Source: a bacterium (GTDB lineage: Bacteria > Patescibacteriota > Minisyncoccia > JAUYLV01). From it: a DNA stretch of 64,000 nt. Location: NCBI GenBank assembly GCA_030649025.1, contig JAUSGO010000031.1:9745-73744 (forward strand), given 5' to 3'. The notes below the pieces were generated by a model that worked only from the letters and a program-made list of their open reading frames with translations, was not told the origin of the DNA and searched no databases. Shown here piece after piece: positions 19,627-28,879 of this stretch. Each line of letters starts with the position of its first letter. Position 1 is the first letter of the stretch. A program made the translations under genes and the position numbers.

Positions 19627-20199
19627 TCATCGTTGTTCAATGGTCTGTCTGCCATTTTGCCTATACGAGACCTGGATACCAACTTCTCCCGTAGGAATTT
19701 GCACCATCGCGATGCGCACGCCGTCCTCTCCCTTTACCGCATCAAGCCTCCCCTCGTTGGCATCGGCCTGGGTCATGGCATTCTGGATGAACTCCCAGCC
19801 CCGTTTTGCGAAATAGTCAGAAAAATATTCTTTATGCTCCTCCAAAGATCGTTTCGAAACATATTCAACTAAAAGATAGGCGTACTGCTCTCCCGGATGT
19901 TCCTGTCTCCAGCTTTGTTTAAAAATAATATCTCTTTCGATAATAAGGTCTTGCGGAAATCCGTGGGGAAGCGCTCCGGGCTTGGAAAAAACGGGCGGCA
20001 GTTCAATCGGCATGCCGGGTGCGGGAATTTGCGAGATCTGCGGCCCGTAATTACGCCCGGGATCGCTGACAAGATATGTAACAGGACTGTTTATGGAAAA
20101 AAATCGTTGCAGCACCCCGTATCTCCAAATGACGAGTGCCATGATAAACGAAGCGATGATTATTGAAATCAAAAGAATTTTTTTTGATCGAGATGCCAT
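19627..20199 (-). CDS. Single-TM hypothetical protein (paralog of 40992..41480)
   Basis: LPHGFP and YFSDYFAKRGWE align with LPEAFP and FYLEVFRTQGWT. Confidence 0.75.
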   Translation of the reverse strand: MASRSKKILLISIIIASFIMALVIWRYGVLQRFFSINSPVTYLVSDPGRNYGPQISQIPAPGMPIELPPVFSKPGALPHGFPQDLIIERDIIFKQSWRQEHPGEQYAYLLVEYVSKRSLEEHKEYFSDYFAKRGWEFIQNAMTQADANEGRLDAVKGEDGVRIAMVQIPTGEVGIQVSYRQNGRQTIEQR

Positions 20200-20305
20200 G
20201 GCTATAATTTTACACTAACCTCGGGATTCAAAAAAGCTTTAAAATTCTCCGCCATTCCCAAAATAAGGACGGCTCGGGCGTTAAACACACATGCGCAAAG
20301 TACGT

Positions 20306-22438
20306 TCACAAAGCTGTGCCACCGCCGCACGAGCCATCGCATTGTATGCTCATATTCTCAATACAAATGTTCGTATTGCATGCGCTGCCCTTGTTTGGGA
20401 CACAACAGGTAGTATTGTCTGGCTGGCAGACGGCCTGCACCCCGGTGCAGGTATTATTGCACGTCCCGCCGCATCCATTATCTCCTCCACATTTTACCGG
20501 CGGACCGGAGCAATTGGGAACACATGCGGCATCGGCAGGGGCAAGGGTAACAACGACGCCCGGCGAGACGCTGCTGTTCCCCGCCGCGTCATACGCTTTT
20601 GCCTGCAAGCGATAGGAACCGTCGTTAATGCTTGAAATATCCCAGTCAAACTCGAAAGATTTAAGATCGTCCCCTCGCCTGCCTGCTCCGATAAGCGCAT
20701 CATTTGCGAGGAAATCAACCCTGACCGCCCCTACATTGTCGCTTGTTACCGCCCAGATAGCGAAATTGTCCTTGAGCGCCGTTACGGGGTTGGTTTGCTT
20801 GGGACTCGTGATATTCACCGTTGGCTTCTGTGTGTCGGCGCCGGGGAAAGGCGCTATGCCAACTTTGGCAAGGCGCTTTTGCAACAATACCCTGCTTAAA
20901 GCGTTGTACCCGAAAGGGTCGGAAAGCGAACGCATGAGAGAGCTTGGAGACGATCGGTAATAAACCGTTTTGCCCGCGCATCCGGCGATACAGGCTGTAA
21001 TATTATATGTGGCGTTATCCCAAAGCGGGCAGGTTTGCGACCCATCGCAGTTTCTTCCCGAAAAGTATGGCGTTGGCTTGTTGTGGTATTCGTCAAGCAG
21101 ACTGCCGAAGGAGTGGCTGAACTCATGTACCGCGGTTCTGGCTACAAAATTCCTTTTCCCCCCAACCGTTGTAACAAATGCCTGTCCTCCAACGCCAAGG
21201 TCCATCTCATTATGGTTTCGATCGTAAGACGATATGCTGGTATCGAAATACGCGCAGCCGGTAGGAGCATCCAACGTACCCGAGCGAACAAATGTTAAGA
21301 CCGTATCGTACGGCCCTTGAGAATTCGTAAGGGCTGTTACGGCGCTTTGATTGCAGGAATAGGCGGGAGCGCATTCGTTCTGGGAACAGTTAAGACGCGT
21401 ATCGGAAAGCGGGAGAAAGCCGACCGGTTCAATGCTGATGGCCGAAGCGAATGCGGCATATGGCTCAAGAGAAAGGAGAAGATCCCTGAACGCCTGCCAG
21501 TCTCCGTCAAACTCCTCCTGGCTCGGATAATTCACGCCGAGCACCGCAATACGCAGCATTCCGCCTGCCGCGCGCGCGGTATTCGGAGCGAACTTGAACG
21601 TCATTTCGGATGCGATGCCGGAGGAACCGTGCCGAAGCGCGAATTTTCTGTGTGATTCTTGGATCGCACTTGCAACAGTCTGTTGGGTAATGAAATTTCC
21701 AATCGCATCGGTAATGACAAGCGTTTTGGCTCCGGTAATTGCCGGCAAAACCATGCCGGCGTTCAATGATCCGATATCCCCCCCGACAAGCTGCGCGGGG
21801 TCAATATTGCCAGATGCATCCAGGACCTCTCCGATCACGGTATTGGGAGCATTGAACGGATGCACAAAAAGCGTCTCACCGTTCACATCCAGAAGTTTTG
21901 CGATATATTCTCCACTGTCGAGCGTCGGTGGCGTATAAAATCCGTCGAATGGCGCTCCGGCTGCAGAAATAACGCTCCCTTCGCCATCGCCGGAGATGTT
22001 CATGTCAACAAAGATCATTGGCGCAGATGCCGGACCGCCTTCTTCTCCGTTACTACCGGTAACTCCGGCCGGGCTTCCCGTGCCGACGAAAGTGCCTACT
22101 ACCTGCACAAAGACCCTTGCGAGAATAAGTATGGTAAACCCTATGACGGCCCACAGCAGGATTTCCTTCGCTTTTCGATATCGTTCTTCGTTGCCAAATG
22201 AGAGCATCATGCGCACACCGGCATACACAATAAGAAAGGCCGCTGCAATGATGCCGATAAAGACGAGAAAATTAACAAGATTGGTGATAAGTTCTTTAAC
22301 AGATCTTGCATTCAAAAAATTCGGTATGGACGCACTGCCGAAAACCACTTGCGCATGCGCTAGCGCCGGTACGGCAAGTGCCAAAACTATAAGAACCAAA
22401 AAAACCAAAGAGATTTTTTTCATATTTTTCCGCATCAA
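20306..22438 (-). CDS. TrbC/VirB2-like pilin fused to an M64-like zinc metallopeptidase, Ig-like domain and Cys-rich tail
   Basis: N-terminal pilin pattern IVYAGVRMMLSFGNEE..KAKEILLWAVIG; HEFSHSFGSLLDEY; SSLMRSL; SDNVG..FDWD..AYDAAGN. Confidence 0.75.
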   Translation of the reverse strand: MMRKNMKKISLVFLVLIVLALAVPALAHAQVVFGSASIPNFLNARSVKELITNLVNFLVFIGIIAAAFLIVYAGVRMMLSFGNEERYRKAKEILLWAVIGFTILILARVFVQVVGTFVGTGSPAGVTGSNGEEGGPASAPMIFVDMNISGDGEGSVISAAGAPFDGFYTPPTLDSGEYIAKLLDVNGETLFVHPFNAPNTVIGEVLDASGNIDPAQLVGGDIGSLNAGMVLPAITGAKTLVITDAIGNFITQQTVASAIQESHRKFALRHGSSGIASEMTFKFAPNTARAAGGMLRIAVLGVNYPSQEEFDGDWQAFRDLLLSLEPYAAFASAISIEPVGFLPLSDTRLNCSQNECAPAYSCNQSAVTALTNSQGPYDTVLTFVRSGTLDAPTGCAYFDTSISSYDRNHNEMDLGVGGQAFVTTVGGKRNFVARTAVHEFSHSFGSLLDEYHNKPTPYFSGRNCDGSQTCPLWDNATYNITACIAGCAGKTVYYRSSPSSLMRSLSDPFGYNALSRVLLQKRLAKVGIAPFPGADTQKPTVNITSPKQTNPVTALKDNFAIWAVTSDNVGAVRVDFLANDALIGAGRRGDDLKSFEFDWDISSINDGSYRLQAKAYDAAGNSSVSPGVVVTLAPADAACVPNCSGPPVKCGGDNGCGGTCNNTCTGVQAVCQPDNTTCCVPNKGSACNTNICIENMSIQCDGSCGGGTAL

Positions 22439-23675
22439 TTTATGCTTCTTGTTCCCCGGAGCACAGAGGCCCGCTCAAGACGCCGCAGCGCAACGGCATA
22501 TGCCGCGTATTTCAATGATGTACGGGAAGATTTTTTTTCCTGAAGCACCGCTTTTAGCCCTTCCGTCATAAGTTTGCGGAGTTTTTCGTGCACTTCTTGC
22601 TTCTCCCAGTAATACCCCGTGCGGTTCTGCACCCATTCCAGGTAACTTACGGCGACTCCGCCGCTATTTGCAAGAATGTCGGGGATTACGGAAATGCGGC
22701 GTTTTTCCAGCAATGCATCCGCCTCCGGAGTTGTCGGGCCGTTAGCAAGCTCCAGGATCAGCTTTGCTTTGACGCGTTTGGCGTTTTCTTTTGTCAGCTG
22801 GCTCTCAAGAGCCGCTGGAACCAGAACGTCAACCGGAAGCTCGAGAAGTTCGGCGTTGGTCAAGTTATATTTCGGCAATTTTTTTCCATTCTTCTTTAAA
22901 GAAAGAAGTTTTTTTACGGCAAGCCCCTGCGCGTTAAACCAGGCGCCTTTTGAATCGGATATCGCAACGATCGTATGTCCCCGCTCCTGAAGTAGCTGCG
23001 CCGCAATTCCTCCGACGTTCCCCATGCCTTGTATGGCAATGGCAAGTTTTGAATTTTGAATTTTGAATTTTGCTTGAGGTACTCCTCAAGTGTATAGATG
23101 CCGCCGAGCGCCGTCGCCTCTTCCCGGCCCTGGGAACCGCCAAGCTCCGCGGGCTTTCCCGTAAATGCTCCCCATGCGGATACGCCCATAAGGCGCGAGT
23201 ACTCGTCGGCCATCCACGCCATGATGCGCGCATCGCTCCCTACGTCCGGCGCGGGTACATCTATATCCGGACCAATGCTGCGCCAGAAGGCCCTTACCCA
23301 TGCGCGCGAGAGTCTTTCCAGCTCCTTGGGCGAAAGTGCTTTTGGGTCAACGCCGATGCCACCTTTGCCGCCGCCCATGGGGATGCCTATAACGGCACAT
23401 TTAAGCGTCATGCCAAGCGCCAATCCCTTTACCTCTTCCGAATCGACATCTGGATGAAACCGGATACCGCCTTTGTAAGGACCGCGGAGATTATTGTGCT
23501 GTATCCGATATGCGTCAAAAACCGCGGGCTTGCCATTGTCTAGCTTGATGTGCAACTTCTTGCGCAAAATCCTATCCGGGTTTTTGAGAACGTTAAGAAC
23601 AGAAGGCTTAATATGCGCCTTCTTTCCGGCCCGCCACAGACCGCGCATCATGTTTTCGAAAAGTGAAGCGCTCAT
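22435..23675 (-). pseudogene. gdhA: Glu/Leu/Phe/Val (glutamate) dehydrogenase, frameshifted in a 7-nt tandem repeat
   Basis: The N-half has GPYKGGIRFHP, GGGKGG and DVPAPD. The C-half, in another frame, has AIQGMGNVG, ELANGP and PDILANSGGV. The junction is the (CAAAATT)3-CAAAACT array at 23045-23072. Confidence 0.9.
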
Positions 23676-23755
23676 TTAAATTATGCCTCGATTATTAACT
23701 TCCGCGGAGCTCCGGAGCGCAACATCCAATGCAGCGGCACAACAAGAACATGAGA

Positions 23756-24694
23756 TTATTTTTGAGACATCAGCCACTGGTGAGCTGCCAGCGTTGCCTT
23801 CGCCGCCTCCCCAGAGGCAATGATCGCCTGTTTGTAGGGAATGTCGGTAACATCGCCGGCCGCGAAGATCCCCGGATGCGATGTCATATTGGTTTTGGAG
23901 TCTACCACAATTTCTCCGAACCGATTAACTTCCACGAGGTCCTTCACCAAAGCGGAGTTCGGAGAAAATCCGACAGCAATAAAAACTCCGTCAAGGGCAA
24001 GTTCAAAAACTTCCTCACTCTTTGCGTCTTTGTAGCGCAGTCCCGTGACCCATCCGTCTTTTCCGAGAATTTCTGTGGTGATGGCGTTATAAATAACCGT
24101 GATCTGCTCTCCGGCGGCTTTTATATTCTCTTTCGTCACTTCGTCGGCTTTCAGCGTTTCTCCCCGGTGCAAGAGATACACCTTCGTCGCGTATTTCGTA
24201 AGAAGTAAGGCGGCTTCCGTTCCCGTATTTCCTCCCCCGATAACCGCAGTGCGTTTCCCAACAAAAAGAGGCGCGTCGCACGTCGCGCAATACGTTACGC
24301 CCTTATTCGTATGCATCTGCTCTCCGGGAACTTGCAAGAACTTCGGTTTGCCCCCGGTAGCGACCAGAATGGCCCGCGTTTCTATCACCTCCCCTTTCGC
24401 GCTCACTGCCTGGAATATCTCGCGCCCCTCTTCTCTGCGGCTGATAATTTTCTCGACCAGCCACGGCTCCTTCAAATCAACCTCCAGTCCGGAAACCTGC
24501 TGTTTCATGTTTTGCACCAATTTGTATCCATCAACATCAATGTACCCGGGATAATTATGAAACTCGGGCTGCAGCGCCGCCTGTCCCCCTATCTCGCCTG
24601 CCGTCATCGCCACTTTCATTTTTTTTCTTCCGGCATAGATACCCGCGGTCATCGCCGCAGCTCCGCCGCCCACGATTACCAAGTCATAGACCAT
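23756..24694 (-). CDS. trxB: Thioredoxin reductase
   Basis: GGGAAAMTAG, CATCD, GGGNT, FAAGDV. Confidence 0.9.
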   Translation of the reverse strand: MVYDLVIVGGGAAAMTAGIYAGRKKMKVAMTAGEIGGQAALQPEFHNYPGYIDVDGYKLVQNMKQQVSGLEVDLKEPWLVEKIISRREEGREIFQAVSAKGEVIETRAILVATGGKPKFLQVPGEQMHTNKGVTYCATCDAPLFVGKRTAVIGGGNTGTEAALLLTKYATKVYLLHRGETLKADEVTKENIKAAGEQITVIYNAITTEILGKDGWVTGLRYKDAKSEEVFELALDGVFIAVGFSPNSALVKDLVEVNRFGEIVVDSKTNMTSHPGIFAAGDVTDIPYKQAIIASGEAAKATLAAHQWLMSQK

Positions 24695-24703
24695 GAAATA
24701 AGA

Positions 24704-24800
24704 TTAGCTTACCAGCTTGTTAGCTTATTAGCCCAAAAAGTTCGAAATTTCCTAGAAAGCTAGTCAGCTAGAAAGCTAGTCAGCTAGAAAGCTAAAAGCT
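24704..24800. repeat. Octamer-array palindrome (TAGCT type)
   Basis: TTAGCTT/CCAGCTT units face a tandem CTAGAAAG-CTAGTCAG array that overlaps the ROK stop codon. Confidence 0.7.
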
Positions 24801-25688
24801 CTCAAATAGCATTGCCGCTCCCAGCGCTCCGGCATCATCAATATTTTTTGCTGGCATGATGGGAAGGCGTTTTGCGCGCCCAGATATGATGTGCGCAAAC
24901 GCCACCTTCCGCGCGACACGAAGAAAAAGTTTATGTGCATTTGCTATGCCTCCCCCAAGTACTACTGCGTCAGGGTCCAGAGTATTGGCGATATTCGCAA
25001 TACCAATTCCAAGATTATAGCCAAAATCCTCGTAAATCTTTTTTGCCTTGCGGTTTCCGGAAAAAGCCGACTCTCCCAGCTCCTTCGGTTCTTTCCCTCC
25101 GACCCGCATGATAAACTTACGCGACGCATACATCTCGAGACACCCTCTCTGACCGCACACGCATCGCTCTCCCTTTGGCATTATAACGGTATGTCCGATC
25201 TCTCCGGCCATATCATGGGCTCCCGCCCAGATCTTTTTACCGACCAGAACTCCCCCTCCCAGACCCGTACCAATGGTCAGCCCAACAATAATCGGTGCAC
25301 CCAGACGGCCCCTCGAACGAACCGGAAAAGACGCCTTGGCCCCTTTTACAAAACATCTCGCATCGTTCTCGAGCCTTATGGGAATATGTGAACGACGTTG
25401 AAGCCATGAGGAAAGACCCAGGCCTCTTAGTGCCGGGAAATTCGGAGCGGAAAGAAGCGTTCCTCTTTTTTCGTCAAGGTCGGAAGGGACCCCAATGCCG
25501 ATCCCGTCTATTTTTTCTCCCACGGCAAATTGTTGCAGAGTCTCCACAGTTCGCAAAATTACCTCAAGCACCGCTTCACGCGTCCTTTTTTTGTGCAGAA
25601 CATGCACGCGCTCAATAATACGGCCTCCTTTCATCAGGATGCCGTGTATTTTCGTTCCTCCGATATCAATACCGATAATGTAGGCCAC
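24792..25688 (-). CDS. ROK-family sugar kinase (glucokinase-like)
   Basis: GIDIGGT, ENDA, GTGLGGG, AGEIGH, CVCGQRGCLE. Confidence 0.92.
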   Translation of the reverse strand: MAYIIGIDIGGTKIHGILMKGGRIIERVHVLHKKRTREAVLEVILRTVETLQQFAVGEKIDGIGIGVPSDLDEKRGTLLSAPNFPALRGLGLSSWLQRRSHIPIRLENDARCFVKGAKASFPVRSRGRLGAPIIVGLTIGTGLGGGVLVGKKIWAGAHDMAGEIGHTVIMPKGERCVCGQRGCLEMYASRKFIMRVGGKEPKELGESAFSGNRKAKKIYEDFGYNLGIGIANIANTLDPDAVVLGGGIANAHKLFLRVARKVAFAHIISGRAKRLPIMPAKNIDDAGALGAAMLFESF

Positions 25689-25756
25689 GATCAGACGTAA
25701 TCACGCATTGCGGACTTCGGATTGAGATAATCCGTGATCCGTAATCCGTGATTCGC

Positions 25757-25996
25757 TCAATTTTTTATTCCTAAAAGCTCCATAAGGCGCGCCTTATCAA
25801 ATCCCACGATAAGTTGGCCGTCTACATCAATGACCGGCACGCCCATCTGTCCCGAGCGCTGGATCATTTCGTCCCGGTAAGAAGCGTCTTGGGCTACGTT
25901 GTGATCCGTGTAGAGAATCTTATGCTGATCAAAAAATTCCTTTGCCATGCGGCAATAGACGCAGGTGGGCGTTGAATAGATATTTATTGTTGGCAT
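25757..25996 (-). CDS. Glutaredoxin-like protein (NrdH/YruB type)
   Basis: YSTPTCVYC, GQMGVPVI..VGFD. Start reassigned to ATG at 25996. Confidence 0.9.
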   Translation of the reverse strand: MPTINIYSTPTCVYCRMAKEFFDQHKILYTDHNVAQDASYRDEMIQRSGQMGVPVIDVDGQLIVGFDKARLMELLGIKN

Positions 25997-26076
25997 ACGG
26001 TAATGGGTTAACAAGCTAATGAGTTGGCGAGTTCGCAACCCGCTAACCCGTTAACTGGATAATCATGATTAAAAAA

Positions 26077-26451
26077 CTACACGAGCAACGAATGTATATA
26101 ACGTTTAAGCTGTTCTTTCTCCGGCACCATCCCCTGACTATACACCTTCCCATCAATTTCGAGAATGGGAGGACGGGAAGCTCCTTTGCATAGAGGGAAA
26201 AACCACCAGAATATCCACGAGCGAACGCGAAATCTGACCGCCCGCTCCACCCCAAGCTCGCGTATGATCCCCGCCACAAGATCGGCAAGGACGTCCTCTC
26301 TGTCCGCGCGGCGGTATACAATAATAGAAAGCGTACGGCGAGCCGGCCAGGTTTTTTCTATCATGCGGGCAACCGGCTCCATGACGTGGCCTGAGGAGCC
26401 GACTACCGCACTTGTCGTTGATTGCAGTGATGCCTCATTCGTTGTGGGCAT
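26077..26451 (-). CDS. Thioredoxin-fold-like protein without CxxC
   Basis: PPILEIDGKVYSQGMVP resembles the cis-Pro/IDG end of small thioredoxin folds; adjacent to the glutaredoxin. Confidence 0.6.
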   Translation of the reverse strand: MPTTNEASLQSTTSAVVGSSGHVMEPVARMIEKTWPARRTLSIIVYRRADREDVLADLVAGIIRELGVERAVRFRVRSWIFWWFFPLCKGASRPPILEIDGKVYSQGMVPEKEQLKRYIHSLLV

Positions 26452-26665
26452 AGCGCTCTTTAATTTCCTTCACTTCATTTTCAACTTCCTCCAGCCTCTC
26501 TTTGCACGAATGCACCAATTGCAGCCCCTCCGCGTATTTTTTCATCGCCTCTTCAACGTCGGCCTCATCGCCTTCAAGTTCCAAGACAATACGCTCGAGC
26601 CGTTCGAACGCTTCTTTGAATTTCATTGGCTTACTTTTTGGAGTTGTTGATCTTTTTATCGGCAT
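26435..26665 (-). CDS. xseB: Exodeoxyribonuclease VII small subunit
   Basis: FKEAFERLERIVLELE..YAEGLQL..C..LEEVE. Start reassigned to 26665. Confidence 0.9.
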   Translation of the reverse strand: MPIKRSTTPKSKPMKFKEAFERLERIVLELEGDEADVEEAMKKYAEGLQLVHSCKERLEEVENEVKEIKERYAHNE

Positions 26666-26669
26666 ATAT

Positions 26670-26990
26670 TTAATCCCTTGAAAACACCAAAATAGCGAAT
26701 GCACCGTATGCAAGAGAAAATCCGTTAAGTACGAGGGAGGCGATGCCGAGTCCTTCGGCGCGGCCAATTCTTTTTATGCGCAATAACGTCAGCACAAGAC
26801 TTAGCGCAATCGGCGCGAAAAATAGCACCGCCGAGAGTGTAGTTGCCTCAACCGCATTGGCGGCCTGGGACGGAGGAGTTCCTTGGCTCTGTACGGGAAT
26901 CATGCCCGCGCCATACAAGAGATGGGTTATTATACTCATCGCCGAGAGCACCGAGGACCAAAGCGAAAGGGAAAATGAAAGATAGGGCAT
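26670..26990 (-). CDS. Small membrane protein
   Basis: Three hydrophobic segments; located between xseA and xseB. Confidence 0.6.
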   Translation of the reverse strand: MPYLSFSLSLWSSVLSAMSIITHLLYGAGMIPVQSQGTPPSQAANAVEATTLSAVLFFAPIALSLVLTLLRIKRIGRAEGLGIASLVLNGFSLAYGAFAILVFSRD

Positions 26991-27026
26991 GATATAAAAA
27001 TCCTAATATTCCTTTTGTAGAACCTG

Positions 27027-28196
27027 CTATTCTTTCACTATGGATACGAACTTCCCTTTCGCAAGGAGCGTCTCGACCTCTTCATGCGCACTAAGCTCTA
27101 AAGCATCTTTTATCACTCTACCATTTTTCCTGGTGATGGAGTAGCCCCGGGCTAAAATTCCGCGGGGATTGAGCGTTTTGAGCAGATCGGAAATGCGCCG
27201 TATTTCCTGACGATACTTTTCCATGCGCCCCGAAAAAGCGGTCTGCAATCTTGAAGAAAGCATTCTTCCTTTTTCTATCTTTTCAAGAAGCGGCCGCGCA
27301 AGCCGCCTCATCGCCTCCCCAAGGCGTTCGGATGCCAAACGTGCGTGCCGTTGTATTAAGCTTCCGAGTTCGACTTCCCACGTATCCAATTCGAATTGAA
27401 CTCCCTCGCGAGAAGGTGTTACAACCTCGGCGGCATTTGAGGGCGTAGACGCCCGCAGATCGCAAGCAAGATCCGCCAAAGTAATGTCCCGCTCGTGCCC
27501 GACGCCAACCACCACCGGGATTTTTGAAGCGAAGATCGCCCGCGCAACGCTCTCGGTGTTAAATGCCGCAAGGTCCTCTAGCGACCCTCCCCCGCGTACC
27601 ACAACCAAAACATCGGGTACGGGCATGTGATCGTTAAAATACTGTACCGCACGGACAACCTCTTCCTCGGCTTTAGCACCCTGCACATGCACGTTCATGA
27701 ACGATATTTCAATGCCGCCCCAGCGGTTGTTGAGAATTCTCAGAAAATCAGAATACGCCGCCGCCTCACGCGAGGTGATAAGTCCGATCCGCTCCGGAAA
27801 GCGAGGCAGGGTTTTTTTACGCTCGGGCAAAAATAACCCCTCCGCTTCAAGCTTCCGCCGCATAATTTCAAAAGCGCGCTTAAGCGCCCCTTCACCGACC
27901 GGCTCAATGGATTTTACGCGGAACGTGTATTTTCCGTAGGGAACATAGAGACCCGGAGAACCGGTTACGAGAACTTCCATGCCGTCTTCCAATTCCGTAC
28001 GCAACTGGAATGCCATGATAAAACAATTCATGCGCGCCGCCTCATCCTTGAGATCGAAGTAGATGAACTTTCCGTTCTGCGAGCGTTTGAAGTCGCAAAC
28101 CTCTCCCCGAACTCGCACCATCACTTCAGAAAGTTCCGCATTCACAAAGTTGCTAAGCTCGGCTACCGTATAGATTTTTTGATCATCAAGCAGCAT
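27027..28196 (-). CDS. xseA: Exodeoxyribonuclease VII large subunit
   Basis: YFDLKD OB fold, RGGGSLEDL, VGHERD, TPSNAA, LARGYSI. Start reassigned to ATG at 28196. Confidence 0.95.
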   Translation of the reverse strand: MLLDDQKIYTVAELSNFVNAELSEVMVRVRGEVCDFKRSQNGKFIYFDLKDEAARMNCFIMAFQLRTELEDGMEVLVTGSPGLYVPYGKYTFRVKSIEPVGEGALKRAFEIMRRKLEAEGLFLPERKKTLPRFPERIGLITSREAAAYSDFLRILNNRWGGIEISFMNVHVQGAKAEEEVVRAVQYFNDHMPVPDVLVVVRGGGSLEDLAAFNTESVARAIFASKIPVVVGVGHERDITLADLACDLRASTPSNAAEVVTPSREGVQFELDTWEVELGSLIQRHARLASERLGEAMRRLARPLLEKIEKGRMLSSRLQTAFSGRMEKYRQEIRRISDLLKTLNPRGILARGYSITRKNGRVIKDALELSAHEEVETLLAKGKFVSIVKE

Positions 28197-28235
28197 AAGA
28201 TTCCTAAAAACATCATACCATATTTGGGAACTTGA

Positions 28236-28366
28236 CCCCCACACCTTTAGTGCGTTGACGGCGCAAAGCGCCGCGAACAGCATCTAAAGCAGGAGAAGAA
28301 TTTTCTTGGAAATACACTTCTTGCTATATGCCCACGCGTACCATATACGCACTAAAGGTGAGGGGG
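28236..28366 (+). mobile_element. 131-bp non-autonomous hairpin element (CCCCCACAC family) with a TTGA target duplication
   Basis: 20-bp inverted ends CCCCCACACCTTTAGTGCGT / ACGCACTAAAGGTGAGGGGG (1 mismatch). TTGA at 28232-35 and 28367-70. Confidence 0.75.
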
Positions 28367-28394
28367 TTGACAAAATTTAAAGAGATAGTATAAT
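28367..28394 (+). promoter_or_regulatory. Consensus sigma70 promoter
   Basis: TTGACA-N16-TATAAT. Confidence 0.8.
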
Positions 28395-28400
28395 GGACAT

Positions 28401-28858
28401 CGTGAGGCTGAGTTCTTTTATGCCCCGACTAAAAGCGGCTGATTCGAGGAAGTATTGGCCTCCCCAATTTTTGTGAGGGGGGATAACGCTGAATTCCAGC
28501 TCCGGAACTGGGAACGCCGTGAAATCCAGTATAACCTCGCTTGATGATTGCGCGCATGCCGCCTCCTGTGGGGGCCATCACAAGGGGAAGAATCGCCCAC
28601 CATCTCTTTTTTTTACAGAGGGCGCTATCCCCGGTAAATTCGCGGAGAGTATCCCGTTTATCCTTTTGTCATTTGGAGTGCTACTCCCGACTCGGCCTTT
28701 TTGAAGCGCCCGACGGGACGGGGAAAGAAACCCCCGTCCTCCGGGCCAAACCCCGCCTTGCGGCGGATTGTTGGGTAAAAAACCCGGCGTGGTCTTCATG
28801 ACACGCCGGGTATAAATTTTTTTACGCAAAAAAGGCCTGGAGACAATCCGGGCTTTTT
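28401..28858 (+). ncRNA. Candidate large structured ncRNA (family not identified)
   Basis: Promoter upstream and terminator at 28828-28858. Long-range pairings 28405-14/28689-98 and 28479-90/28621-32, plus several GC hairpins. No convincing long ORF. Confidence 0.5.
28828..28858. terminator. Bidirectional terminator (clpB / candidate ncRNA)
   Basis: AAAAAAGGCCTGG...CCGGGCTTTTT. Confidence 0.7.
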
Positions 28859-28879
28859 AAAAAAACTCTCGTGCCGACC

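Noticed and set aside
24762-24800. CRISPR array
   Set aside because: The repeats are 7-16 nt tandem units without spacers, and no cas genes are present in the window.
28455-28595. tmRNA (tag-like ...QYNLA-stop and a CCACCA)
   Set aside because: No GGGG 5' acceptor strand at the transcript start, no T-arm before CCACCA, and the order does not fit a permuted tmRNA.
28446-28700. RNase P RNA
   Set aside because: Only partial GAGGAAGT similarity; the 3' P4 strand (ACAGAA..CGGCTTA-like) was not found. Left for cmscan.
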